From the NCBI GenBank assembly GCA_002633005.1, contig NMRA01000020.1, forward strand, positions 149,621-213,620: DNA of 64,000 nt, in the 5' to 3' direction. Both the position numbers and the translations under genes were made by a program. The stretch is from Phoronis australis (taxonomy: Eukaryota; Animalia; Phoronida). Position 1 is the stretch's first letter. Each line of letters begins with the position of its first letter. Positions 13,401-28,400 of the stretch are shown one piece after another. The notes beneath the pieces were generated by a model that was given only the letters and a program-made list of their open reading frames with translations, was not told the DNA's origin and ran no database searches.

Positions 13401-16400
13401 TGTGCATGATTACACACTTTTTAATAATAAATTATTTTGATTGACAATTCCAAATTCTTTACTTGAAGACTACTCATTTACAGGCAACGCTGTTAATTTA
13501 AAGAGCTGTCTTGTTCATGTTGTTTACACATTGTACTGGTTGCTTCTGTCAGAGTTGTGACACAGTTCAAACAATGCATGGAATGCGAATGGATGCCAAG
13601 TTGAAATCATTCACATGACATAATTTCAATAACGAAAATAAATTGAAGTCGAACCTGGAAAAGCCTTGGAAAGAAGAAAACAAAATCATGTTTCATAGGC
13701 ACTGGAAACGTAGAGTGTAACAGAGCTACAAACTTAGAGACATTGTATTGATGATTTGTACATTTCAAACCGCACTCAGTGGCAAACGCTGTCCATAAGT
13801 AAATAGCCATCCACAAAAACCAACTGTGAATAGACATTTCAATCACATACCATACAATCAATTAAGCAATCCGTGATAAACCATACATCTATGGGGAACA
13901 CAGAAAATACAAATTCACCTTCATGGACGTGACATCTTTAGCACGATGTATTGGTGTCGCCCCCTTGTAGTCAAATAGGTTGACGTCCAACTTTTTGGTG
14001 AGCAGCAGACGGAGTACAGAATGGACGCCAAAATAAGCAGATGTGTGCAGCAGGGTGCTTCCATTGATACATCTGAATAGCAAAAGAAAGTTTTTCTGTG
14101 GTGGTGATCAATGAAAAGTATTCAACCTGATCCAAGGTACTTAAAAAGAAAACTGTGAAACCCAGTACTATTGGCAGATCTACACGGTCATATACACTTG
14201 TCCATAATGAGCCATTACTGTAAGGAGTAAGCCACAGCTTGGGTTCATTCCATAGACTGAAGAATCTCGTCAAAAACCAAGATCATGCATTAATACCACA
14301 CAAAATCATGTGGGTGAAAGGCGAGTGTTTCGCGAGAATGTTCTTGACTTTATTACTGTAACCAAAATGGAGGCTACTGAAGAGAGTGGTCGGTGAGGTT
14401 GAAATGTTGAATTACATGATATAATTCATGAATTATAGGGTAAAATTCATCGTTTCCATTACTAATAAGTGAAATCTTCTTGACACAAGAGCATGACTGG
14501 TGTCTTGCGTCAATGAAACACAGGCTTGATGTGTAAATTGAAGTCTCAAGCATTCAATTCTACGAGACTGAATTCATTATCTACCTACATCCCACGTTAC
14601 TAGAGAATGTTTGCTTATTTCCTATCACCATCAAAATGTTTTGTTCAAAAAAAATCTTTAGGCATCATTCATAACTTATTCTGTTACATAAACTGGGTTT
14701 GTTATGATCCATCGAGCCTCTGCACTCGCCAACAATTGAACAAGTACGAAATCTGTATCACATGAGATTTGGCGGTAAACAGAATTTACTTTATATTTCA
14801 GTCATCTTTGGACCACAGCAAGCCTATAAGCAATTTTTATATTCTTTGCATCATCATATCAAAGTTAGACGAAAGCTGATTATCTGTGTTAAACCTGAAT
14901 TTAGCCTTTTGGAGGCCCTTTGCGAATACTTAGATATATATTTTCTAGCACTCGTATAATTTGGAAAGTAACACGTTCACTAACTGTGCATGGGTGCATG
15001 ACTGGTGTGTGAATGCTGTACCTTTTCCATTGTTATCATTTGCTGTTATTATTTTTCTTGTGAGAAATAATAAAATATTTAACTATAAAAAATGTTTTGT
15101 TCAGAACCAGTCGGTGCCAAACATTAAGACTATGCAGACATCCCATAAAACACATGCCATAAAACAGAACTTAAACTTGAAAATCAAACCCAGTACATCT
15201 CTAGGGTGATGATCTCATGTACTGTGCACAGCAGATATAAAACGATTAAAAAAGCAGACCAATGTGTCTTAGGAATATTCAATGCTTGAGCAAACACAAC
15301 TCTGTGTTGATGAGCAACTTGAAACCAAATTAATAAAAATCATAAAAGATCTTGCACTCAAGTATATGATAGCACAAGTCACGGCCACGTTTGTGTTACT
15401 TAACAGTATAGAAGTCCGTGCACAAACATGCCAGCAAAATTCGATGCCGAGTTCAAATTTGAATGCATTTGAGCCATGACACAATTTTATTGTGGTGCAT
15501 GTAGGTACATTTCACAAAGTAAACCCATCCATCCAGTGCACAAAACTGTCAAAGCTGTCACACACTGCCACCCGTCTCCTTGTTCCAGTAACCGGATAAA
15601 CAAACTTTTATCTTCAGATCACAGTTCTTGCTACTGATACCCACTTATTATTAGAAAGTCACAAACGTGCGATGCTAGGCGCAAAATTTTTTCAACCAAA
15701 TTTGAACTCGGTACACAAACTTCGGAAAGTGCAAAAATTAAGATTCTCAACTTTGAATACATACCACACCATAGCTCTTTTGAAATCTGCTGGTTGAATA
15801 TAACAAGACTTCACTAATGATGCCATGACGACCCACCTCGTGGGCGGGGCTTAAGGCTCCAATGAACCTGACTTTTAATTTAGGGTACTTACTGTTAGAA
15901 ATCAATGCTTGATTGCATGAAAAAGTCCCAAATAGGGATTCAGGTATGTTCTCTAAATCAACTGTGTATTTGTGGGCTTGTGAAAACATTGATTTATTCT
16001 TTTATAAGCTGTTTGATTTTCATTGCTAGCTCAATTTTTGGATTTGATACAAATTGAGAGTGAACTCCCTGAATTTTCAATTTTGTTGAGAATAAGTAGG
16101 AATCGTTTCATGTAACTTAAGAACTAAGTCCCTAATTATTATAACTTAATTCATGGCTCAGCTTTTAGTAATACTATTAGAGAAAATATCATTAGCCAAA
16201 GATGAGCTCATAATAAAGATAAAATGATAGACAAAATATCACACCTGTGAGTAAAGAATGAAACAAAAGATTTAGGGACCTTGGTCGAGTCTCTATTAGG
16301 GACTGTTTCATGCAAACGGGCACTAGTCTCAACTCATTTCTTACTCAGACGAGATGATTTTGGATCTTGCAAAGAACAGACAATTCATTATTGCTCAAGA

Positions 16401-19400
16401 CTGTTCTTGGCGACTTAAACGACACGCCATGATGAGTCAACTGGTCTCGAGTAATAACAAAAGTTCAGTTCTTTAAAGTATGTCTACGTTGACTAAGGAA
16501 TAAATAATATGCAACCAATTTCATTACAGTAAGTGGCATGAATCAAACATTTTTTATGAAGAAAGATGGGCCACTTTAAATTCACTTGATAATTTCCAGA
16601 CTGCAGTGAAAGATTTAGAAAAACAAAACATTTGTCAGTTTTGAACACCTAAGGGGAATCTGTGTATTTTCTACTTCCACTTGTACAAAAAATACATCAT
16701 TAATATTCAGAAAGTTTTGATCAGGTCTCAACACAGGTATTTCATTGATGAATGAAACACCTGTGTTCATACTAGTCAAAAGAAGAGACAATATCTAAAG
16801 ATCGTATTATTTGGATACCCACCTGCTCCTTAGGCTACAGAATTCTCGCTCTCCCGAGGCATGTTCCTTCACAACTTGTTCAAGCAGCGTCCGGTCACCC
16901 TCCATAATCCGAGGTACGATGCTCGAGTAGTGATCGTACATATCTGAAACAAATACCCAACTGAGACGCATAGCTACCACATGCAAGTCGAAGGAAAAAA
17001 TGAAACATCCTCAGTGGCTTTAAGTCCGTTGTACAGAAACGGGCATTATGTAAAACACTTTGTTCTATGTATAACCACTGCAACTATTCTAAGTTTGGTT
17101 CCAGTATAATGGAGAGATACGGTTTGATACGGATTTCTACACTTGCTGCATTACAAGGCTTTCCAGATGTTGATCGAGTCGTTTATAAATGACTCCAAGC
17201 CATGAACAGCTGCTATTTTTCTGTCACTCACCTGACAGATATTGTCGAAATTCATCATTCTTGATCGACTCGAATGCCGTCTGGCCTCTCACACTCCGGC
17301 CATGCACGTCACAGCCCCACTCTATCAACAACTGGAATAAAGGTAATGTAAAGAACCATGCACTAAGGTAATGTAAAGAGCCATGCACTAATAAGCAAGT
17401 ACAGCTCACAGTGTTCAGAGTAAAACCCACAAGGAACAAAAGTGCAGATTTATGTAAACCTATTAGAAATTGTTGGATATTAAGGTACACATTTAGACTT
17501 AAATGTTATGTACGAATTAAAGTAGATACATATATTAAGCTATTTACAAAATGCTTTCAGTAAAAATGCCTTAATTGACAACATCATTGAATGAAAAGTT
17601 TCGTCGCAAAATGAGATATCCGCAAATTGGTGGGGAAAGCCCACAGCTGCGCCGCTACGTTAAAAAATTATTAAAAAATAGTTTTACATTTGCTTGACAC
17701 TGAATCCTCATAACTAACACTTCTCTCTTTAAAGCTAGAATGGACATTTTGCATACGCCCAGTTTTTGCGGGGAAGAACTTGAGATTAAAATTGTTTATT
17801 TGTATTCACTTGGTCTTGTGAATGTATGCAATTTTTTTGATCCTCCTTATTTCATTGATAAATCAAAATGTTAATTAAATTTTTGTATTTGACTTATGAT
17901 ATTGATGACATAATCTTTGGCAAATTCACAGGACCAAAAATTTTGAATTTAATAATAATCTTAGTTAAGTATCACATATTGAAATTTGCCACATGCTTGT
18001 CATGTTTTAATTTATTAAAAACAGAAAAATGAATATTACGAAATGAGAAATTAATTTTCCACAAATGGGCAACTGCAAGTTTTCAACAGTCGATGGACCT
18101 ATGGTTCTTCAGTTCTCAGAAGACTGAAAATAATATAGTGGCCCGGGGTGAATGTGAGTGACTGGGAAAGCAGATGATGTTAACATTGTTCGTAATCATC
18201 CCAGTTGGTCAGTTTTACTGCTTGTTTATATTCTCTGTGAGTATGACTTACTAGTAAATGTTTTTAAAAAAACCTTTAAATTTTAGAATCACTTTATACT
18301 CGTGTTGTGATGAAACTCTTAAATTTTACTTACATGAGCAATCTTGCGCTGCATTCCTTCAATTGAGCTGAACAAAGGAGTGTAGCGAAAGTTATTCTTG
18401 ATATCGATATTGGCACCATTCTCGAGTAAGTATTCCACCATTTTCTGTAAAAAATATCAAAGTTTTTGTATTCCATCTGCCAATTTGCAGACTGTCATGA
18501 AGAAAGATGCTGCTCTCAAACTAAAACCCGAAAAGACTGGATGAAACAAGACAGTTTACTAATAGCTTGCAGACCCTGTTTGTACGTGATCTGCTTGGCC
18601 CAGCAGTTTGTCAATGTGATTGAAAGACATTGTAATAATAGTAGCTCATAGTGTCTGGCTTAAGATTTGGCTGTCAGGGAATAACATCACAGAGGATGAG
18701 AAAAGAGCGTCTATTAACAGAGATATGGTCTTTGTCTAAAGTTGTCTTTCATGCACACATTTACCCAAAATACTTTTTTATGCATTTAATTTCGAGACTA
18801 TACCAGTCCTTTAAGTAACAAAATATTGTAAAACCTGCAGCTGTTTTGCCTATAAGCAGTGATTAGTTGGAACTGTTTTAAATATACTATCCTGGTTACA
18901 CATTTCACTAGTTAAATGGAACAATAATGTATTAACCTAACGGTACAAATATCAGCCAGATTCCTATCACTACAGGAATCCATCGACAGTTTAGCAATAG
19001 GTGAACAATACTTACAAAATTGCCAACCCTACAGGCCCAGTGTAGAGCAGTGCTGCCTGTGCTTGGCTCTTTCCCGTTTATAAATGACGGAGATGTGCGG
19101 AAGAAAACAACCATGCGCCTGATTGTCTCAAACTCCTCGTCCTTGGCTGCCCGTACAAAGATGCGATGCCAGGCAATGTGGTTGCCAGGAAACACTTGGT
19201 AGAGGAACTCTGTCCCTGCTTTGAGCTGCTTGTTACGGGACGGACTCTCAAAAAACACCTATAGTGTTGAAGATGGCACAAGTTGTCACAAAAAACAGTA
19301 AAAAGCAGCTAAAAGCAAACATTCTACATAGAGCACGAGACGAAAGTAATCCGACAAAATGACGTTTTTCCTGTCATGGCAAGGAATTCAGGTAAACAGA

Positions 19401-22400
19401 AAAATGGCTGGTTATGACTGTAATGGGAGCAAGACTTTAATTACAGAATGGCTTAACCACCTCACTAACTTTCTTGTTAATTTCTTTTCATTCTCAGTTA
19501 CAAGGGAAGAAACGATGGGTGAATTCTGGGTCATTTTGTCTGAATGCTTTTGGCTTATGCAATACAACTCTCAACGTTGTGAGAGCAAGCACAAAAGCAA
19601 CTTTTGCTTGACCCAGTATCTATTTCTGGTGTGTCAGACAGAGTTGACAGGGATGAAATGCAATTTCTTTCGTTAACGGACATTTTAAGATGCTGGACAT
19701 CTTTTTGTGAACCATGGGAATGTCCCACAGGACAACAGTGGCAATTTGACAGCATGATGATTACACAGACTTTATGAGAAATGCCAGTAAATAACCCACT
19801 GCATTAAAACCATACTCTCTCTATTAACTATTTTATCACCATCTAGTGAGAAGGCATATTTCATCAGTGATTCTGTGACCTGAATATTTAAGTTTGAAAA
19901 GAATTTCATATTGATCATGTTACAATTAGTTGCTACATATCACTATGACAATTCAGAATTACTACAAACTGACAGAACAGGTTTAAGCATACAATATGCT
20001 TCCAATTTTATCAGGGCAAAAATGAAATCCACTTTAAGTCAAAAGAGATCAGCATAACCAAACAGTGACATCTGCCAGACTTACATCGTACTGTGGATAG
20101 AGAGCTGGATTGACTTCGACAACGTCAAAAAGGCGGAGTTTTAGTATCTTCCGCATTGGAGCTGCAAAGATGAGAGTCAGAACTGCAAGGTAACCCCAAG
20201 ATATTTTTACGTCATTCTCTTCCTGAGTGATTGCAGTTACAATACCACAAACGAAATAAAGGTGCTTTTCTCATCCATAAATTTGATTCCACTGAATCCG
20301 TTTAATAAGAAAATGCCAAAGATACGTAAGGATGGAAAGTAAGCGTAACATCAAAGGTCTGTTTCATAAAAATGACTTCAGACTTGAGACAAAAATTTGG
20401 TCTCTCACTCCCACTTCACAATTGCTGAATTAAAGTTTATCCAAGTAATTATGAGCGTGTCACAATCATGAGTATTGTGTGTATAGTTATGAGCGTGTCA
20501 CAATCATGAGTATTGTGTGTATAGTTATGAGCGTGTCACAATCATGAGTATTGTGTGTATAGTTATGAGCGTGTCACAATCATGAGTATTGTGTGTATAG
20601 TCTCAGGCATGTTTGCTCAAATACATTTTAATAATTTTTCAGAAATAGTTGTGTGGAGTGTAAGACCAAATTTCTCAGTCTCAAGTCACGTTTCACGAAA
20701 CCGATCAGAATAAACACAAAACTTATCCACTGTTATATTTTCAGTGACGTGCCGTAAAATTAAATTAAAAGAATCTATTTCACCATTGAGAGAAAAGGGA
20801 TATCCCAAGGCAACGGAAATATTTCCAAACCAGCGATCAATGTAACTTTAAATGTCAACCATAACAAAATGCTGGCAGACATTGCACAATCACAAAATCT
20901 GTACTACGTATACAAACTTTTATTCTTCGCTGTAAAGTCGTCAATATATTCTCCTGTTTCCTTGTTTCGAAGAATAATTTTCCGCCCTTCTGAGCACATT
21001 TCTTTGTCAGTACTGAGATAAAACCCTGAGCCATTAGTAAGGTTCTGCAAAAACAACAACAACCTTGTCAGTACTGAGATAAAACAAGGATCAGCTAAAA
21101 CAACAATAAATGATAAAAAATAACACCATTACATGCTAGAAAATCAGGACACTATCATCTTTAGTAATTTCTAATATCCCAACTGTGTGAAAAACACTAT
21201 CATAAGTTTTTAAATGGAGATTTTTGAGGTTATCTTTGTAAAAACACTACAGCAGTTTGGATTCAATGGTATCAACAAGCCTGTAAACTTAGTGTGGAAA
21301 CTTGATTAATATTGACCAAGGCTGAATAAGGTTGTTCAAAGTGTGCTTTTAAGCTCTTACCAGAAAAGATTATTCAAAGGTGAAAAATTTGGGATCGTAT
21401 TTGAAACTGGTTTACCACTGTTGTCTCATGGTGAGGCTGGTATTCAGCGAAATGAGATAATAATCAAGAAACAGGCTAAATCAAAGAGAATGATGGCATT
21501 GCTTGTCTTGAGTATACTAACCAGGTTTATAACCATTGAAAGACACAGATCATTTATGGTCAAGTTTCTGGGCACTTCCATCGTATCGAATCTCAGGGCA
21601 ATTCTTTCACGAATCTTCTGGTGGACCTATAAAGAAATATGATGCTTGTTAACAAGCTACGTAAGATTTGATTGAAGAAGATTAAATTTGTTTTAAAATT
21701 AAAGCAACATCAGTATAGAAATCTTATTGATATGAAGGCAAATTAGAATTTTTCAGCGAGACAATCAATTAGTAATCGAATCGCGCTCACTGATAATGCT
21801 TTGTTTTCAAACCTAAATGTTTGACTTTTGCATATAATATACAAGTATGGATATTAAAATCAGAAGTATCAATACTAAAATGTCCCTGTAAGTAGGTAGC
21901 TAATGGTTGAAGACAACACTGGCTTCCGTTGATTCTAACATCTCCTCTGACGGTGACTGATGTGTCTGACCAAAGGCCCAGGAGTTACATAAAATGCTTA
22001 CAAGTGTTTTCTTCATTCTCGCAAGGAGAATTGATGAATAATTACATCAGATGTCAACCCAAGAGTGCATGCTGTTCCGCAATTATGATAGGACTCTGAA
22101 GAAGCTAGAATCAGCAGAAGCCAGTGTTGCCTTCAACAGTCTTGCAATTGGTTGAAAATGTACCAATCCTTCCCCCTGATAAACAAGTACCTGTTTTTGC
22201 ACCAACTGCACGTGGTCAATCCAGCTCTGACAGTACTCAACATCAAACTTTGTTTCAAGCACCTTTACAGCTGAAATAAGTGATAAAGTAAAGTAGTGTA
22301 TCTGAATGACAAAGAGAAATTACTCTTGCCACCATGTTCTTACTTTTTCCATTTTAGAAATGCCCTTGCTTAATTTTGAAACTTTGTCCAAAATTGGATT

Positions 22401-25400
22401 CGTCATCCATTTTCTAATATTTTCCTTCACCAAGTGGAACAGTGAATATCTTTTTAATAAGTTAAGCAAGGATAGCGATAGGAGGTTATCAAATTCATCT
22501 CCCTACCTTGTGGAGGTAGAAAAAAATCAGGGCAAGTATAGTAAAATTCAATGACCTATTTCTTAAATAACAAGGCATCACAAAAGTTTCTGAGTCAAGA
22601 CAAACACATTGTGCCCCAATGAGCTTGTCAATTTTTGTTGTCAACATTGCTATTCACTATTCAACTGCACAGTAAAACTTCTGAGTTGATGAACAAAAAA
22701 AACAATTTTACTATAAGATAATGATAATCACAATAGCTGAGTGTAGAACTGAAAGGCAAGTGCCTGTGCAAGTGCACTGCATTATGGGTAAACACTGCAG
22801 AATTATAACGGACACTGTGGTATTTTGGGATGTTGCTTAACAGGAAGTCACATTCTCTCGTATATCCCAGTGAAAACTTTTTCAGGAAAGTGTGGTCAAA
22901 AGAGGCTCCTTCCATTATTTTCAGCAGCTTAAAACACATGAAGCTTTACCAACCAAAAGTCATCAAGGTAACAAAAGCATGAACATTGTGTTTTTTATAA
23001 ATATGTGGGCGCATAAAAAGTAAAATACAATGCCATCCAACTATGGCCGCCATTTGGTTGGCGTAACAGCAGAAATTCCATAGTTAATTCTATTTTGAAA
23101 ACATTTGATTCTGTGCTAAAAGAACATAAGTTTGGAACGCATTTGAAGAAGACTGGTTTGTGGTCAAATTCTTTTTATGAAGTTTTGAACTAAAAAAGGC
23201 CAAAATAGTATATTTAATGTAAGTAGATGGCACACTACCTTCCTTGTGATTCTCCATATCCTGTTTAATGTCTTTCTTCTTCTTCAAGTCTTGCATATTG
23301 ACGACAACAGGAGGAAACTCCTCCAGTTGAAGAATACACTCTCGGATCAGCTGCAGCAGGGTTTTCTGTGGAACAACACAGAGAAGATTTGGCAATACAT
23401 CATACCAACAGTAAGCACATTGCCTTTTCAAACAAGTTCTTTTAATGCTGATTGCTTTGGGAATGCTTGTTATGGAAATAATCTGACAAGGTCAATGCAG
23501 AGTCTTATTCCTCATGTTTGTGGTTATGTACAAATTCAACAAGATGCAATTCTTTAGCGACACTAAACATCCGTGATCGCGTTACAGTAACTTCATCCAG
23601 TGTTTGGTTATAGTAACAAACCAGCCTATGGCACAACAGGCAGACAGACATTAGATAACGTTTTTGACACACTAATGTCGGCAACAACCCTGGCCAACAA
23701 AGTACGTTTGTAACAAATATTACCGCTTCCTTCTGACATTTGTATACTTTAGAGGGCAATATTTGGATGTAACAATCCCATACTTTGAGAACCAGTTTGA
23801 TGCCCGTTATTCAGTAGAGAAAATTGGTTCTCAAAATCTGGTCACGTTATACCCAACCATTACCCTTTGGAGACTCTTTTTCATGAAATTCATCACATCT
23901 TAACTTAATTAGCGCAATACTTAATACATATACTTGTTCTAAGATCATAGTTATTCCTGTATTAAAGAGATTTTAACAAATTTTATTTTATGTCAGCACG
24001 GTATGGAAAAATATGAAAGCAAGAGAACTCCCTCTGACATAAGATCCCTTAAACTTAATACCCTAATAACAGCCAAGGGCACTTAGAAAAGTTTGTTTCG
24101 GGGGGGGGGGCGCTTATTGTAACCCAAGGCGGTTGAAACCTGGTATCTGAAACAGGTGAAATCGCAAGCGAAGATTCATCATATTTACTCTCTGTGAAGT
24201 ATCTGTAACCTAAGACAGACTTTTTACAAAATTATGGTGCATCGCTCTGCTGTTCAATTATGATCATTTAACAGATTAAAATTGTATTGAAATCCCACGG
24301 CAAAAACTTGACCACTGACTGCTTTGCAATGGTCGATAATGGCAACTTGAATGCTTGCATAAAAATAGTTTGGACACAAGCAAGTTACCTGAAATCTTCC
24401 TTAAGTTTTCCAAATAGAGTCCCTAAGATTTTTAAGTTCCCGTGGAGTCGGGATTAACGGCAGATTAAGTCCAAATCTGTGCTAGATCGTGCCATGATCA
24501 CAGGCTTACCCGGCAACATGGGAAAAATCTCTGGACGAACACACAATGTTGTTGTCATGTGAAGTTTGTTTTGAAGTTCGTCTACGTGTGTAAGCGAGCG
24601 CGTGCGTGTCACTAGAGTTCATTTGCCAGAGTACTGGAACACGGAGCTAGATGTGCACTGCATCTAAAGAAATTAGCACAAGCAGTAAAGCAGAACATGT
24701 TTCATTCAGCATTTGCTGATCTCATCTGCTGAGAAACGTTCGACAATTGTCTCGGTAAGGCCCATATTTGTCGCCGTGAGTCTGGATGCGTACGTGACTG
24801 TCTGACAGTTATTTTTCGATTGAAGGGTGTGTAAGCATTCACTGTCAGTGGTCATTTTATCGGACATTTGGCTTTAAAAACACCAGTTATCATTAATCAA
24901 ACAATTCCCTCTTAAAAATAATACAAAATTTTTTGATGGTGTTAGAAACTGTTGGAAATTAGTGCCAATATTTATTTCTTGCCGATGCTATGCTACCCGA
25001 TTCATGAATGGATAGTTCCTGACTAATGTCTTTGATGACAGGTACATGTAGCGCGTGCTTCCTGGCCACGCGCTTTTAACACGTGTAAAAAGAAATTTGG
25101 ATTCCTGTCGAGGGCAGGAAATAGACAATACAATCCCGTTGACAAGTATGCTGCGTCTGTTCTGAAAGACCAGACCATAGTCAGGGATGCATTCCTCACA
25201 AGATCAGCAAAACTGTTGCATTCTTTTTGAGGCAAGGCGGAAGTTTGAAGTGTACAGTCACGACTAAACACCGACATCGCAGCGAGGCTCGTGGTGTACA
25301 AACTCCATGCACAATGACTTTTTTAAGAACTGTCGGATATTATTGATAAATTGAAGACGTTACTTTAGAATTTTAGGACTGTAGATAAGGCATATTTTGC

Positions 25401-28400
25401 ACATACACATTCATGGGCTGAGCGCTTATTTCAGCAAAGTCTGAAAACGCGAGGGGGGGGCGCTTATAGGGACATGGACGCTTATTAGGGCAAATACGGT
25501 AATGGGAACTGGCAAATGTTGTTTTATGACATCTGCACACTGCAGACCATGCTTGTAATAGAGTGAAACGCCATTAACTTTGGTTATTACTTTTGTGGAG
25601 AACTTAACACAACAGAACTTCACTTGTTGGCCATATTGCGCGCTAAATAATTGAAAAATTAATGTCTTTAAAAATTGAATCAGACGTCTTTGACTTTGAA
25701 AATCACAAAGAATGGGTGTGCGATGTCTATAAGTAACGCTGTACTTACTCGTCGGTTGATGACTGCTTTGCACTGCCTGTACTTGTAGGCGATCATGAAG
25801 AAATAACAGAAATACGAACAGACAGACATGGAATCAGCCTGTAATTGTAACAACAACATTGGGTATTACACAATAAGATTGGAAGTTTAAAACTAATGCG
25901 GTATCAATATGGATGAAACAAAACCCAGAAAGACTTATCAAAGCACAAATTGTAGAAGGCAAAAGAAAAAAAACAAGCTCTGAATAATGACTTTTAATGA
26001 TTTGATTCACAAAAGTTAAGACGTTTACGTTGAAGTGGGATTTAAGTCAAAAGCCAAGTTGTGTAAAATTTTCCTGTACAATGCTGTGTGCACATCACAG
26101 CCATTTACTTTTAAATTTCAATAAATTTCTACGCCAAGGATTAGATTAGCAGCCGTACCTCAACCAAATCAGCCGAGTCAAATGGAGTTTCCCCGTAAAA
26201 CATTTTTTCAGCAGTTCGCAGGCACAGATTTATTGTCCACCTAAAACAATCAACAGCAAACATTAACTTTGATCAAGTTGTTAAAATAAAATCAAGACTC
26301 GTTAAATGTTCATATCAAAACTTCCTTTTTTGTAGTATATTTTCATAATAAAATTGATAACATTTCCATTTGTCTGCCACATTACCTCTTAAATGCACGA
26401 TATCAAGTTATCAGGGCTTGGAATGATCAATGACAAAAAAGAGGAAAATTTCCCAGGTAACGTATCGTTCCACAAATAAGAAGGCTTGTATTTTTGTGTT
26501 GTAAAATTTAACAGAAATAAACTTTTTTGCATGAATAAAGACAAAATAATGATAAAAAAACAGAAAAAGTGGAAACTGGAAATCAAATATGAGGAAATTG
26601 AAACCAAAAAAGGAAATCCTCTTAGAAGAGGAAAATTCCAAGCCCTGAGTTATTGGCATACATACCTGTCATTGAGCAAAACTTCAGTAGTGAAAGTATC
26701 GGGAATGATAGAGTTGACAAGAGCACACAGCACACGACTGTCCACGAGGTCGTCAATACTCTGAAACACAGAAAGTGGCATGGTAGGCAAATGAACAGAT
26801 CAGGTGAACTGCCTGCCATGTACAAACAGAAAACAAAATGTACCTACTATTGCAACCCAAAGCAGTTTGTTAACCTTATACGCGATGTGGTTCTCCGGGA
26901 GTCAGTTGCTGGCTACTACTCTACTGAGTATGTGATAAGTGCCCTTTATATGCAAATATTCTATGAGTTGCAAATGGTCTTTGGTATGTACCCTTGCAAT
27001 GTTAAGCACATATCCTCTTACCATGTTATCATTCGGACGTGTTTGGCTAGGATGGAAACTATTGATGCGAGTGTTTGTAAGATTTTGTACCTGTAAGGTT
27101 TTGACTTTATACTCGTAACACATGACCTTGTACGACAGACTACTCAGTTTCATCATTCAAATGGATAAAACATTTAGAATGTTATGTTGTTTAGTGATAT
27201 TGCTGTGGTGCAGGTTATTAAATTGTGTATCGTTAGCTTTTTGTTTACCTTGTAGTTTACCATGACTTTTGTGCACTAACAAGTCAACGACCAATAAATG
27301 ATGTCTAGAAACGAGTGAAAGTCATCGTGATTTCTTCTGAAGTTTTAATGTTTTCGCAACTTCACTAACAGTGCCAGGTCAAGATTCTCGAGCAACTAAA
27401 GTCGCAAGAAGTGAGAGAGTAATTCTAGCTGGCCTCGTCAGTCATCAAAATTTTTTTGACCTAACACTAATATTTTCGCCCTCCCATTATAACTTATTAC
27501 CAGTTTTCCTCACTCAAGATGGCTTAATTGCATGCCACATTCCCTCCCTCCTTCTTTCCTTCCCTCACTTGGCTTGAAAACTGCAGCTATTTTGTTTGGT
27601 TCACCATAAAACCCAGTTCTGTTTTGTAATTGTTCACCTACTAACTGGCCAATATTGTTTAAATTCTTTTGAGGTGCTCTTCACAACTGTTTCAGCAATA
27701 ACAAGATCACGTTTTAGTGCACATTGTACATGCGCCAAACCTTTGTGATTAGACTGCAATTCACCACATAGACACTTAAGAGACAGCATAAACAATGAGT
27801 GAATGTCACGCAAACTGATACTAACCACAACCCGAAGTCGTCTCCCCTCCCACGTCATGTGTAGATGAGTATTGACAATTTCCAGGATACAATCATCGGG
27901 AGCGGGATAGTCGTCAGGGTTACGGCGTGCAGCCTTAAATTGCTTGCAGTAGTCAGAGCCTGGGAATGGCTCGTAGTCGGCGTCAAAAGGACTGGGACTC
28001 TGAAATAAGACAAAGGTCATCTCGACCGTTCTCACAACTGCCATTTTAGAAAATGGCAGCCATTAAGCACTTTTTCTAAAAATATAAATAGGAATTTTAA
28101 AAGTTTCTGGACCAGATTTTACTGAATAAGTCAACTCAAATTTAAAAACTAAATTTTTTTAACATTATACATCGCCACAAAACTTGACTCGTTGATCTTT
28201 TAACAACAACCTCCAATGTTGTATTTCGTTACACTCTATAACACAAATCGAGGATCAGATATTCCAGGGTCACCAATGGATTTTTTACACTTATTGTTAG
28301 AGAATGCAAGCACACAAGGTTTTGGAAAATTTCTGCATCCGGATCACAGATAACGATTCAATTAGGTATTGAATAATGAAAAATTTGGCCTTAATGTGAA

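Noticed and set aside
20449-20600. CRISPR-like 38-bp repeat array
   Set aside because: Units are head-to-tail with no spacers, lie inside a MITE in a spliceosomal intron, and there are no cas genes.
26653-27096. 147-aa plus-strand ORF
   Set aside because: Antisense to a well-supported exon, with no recognisable motifs.
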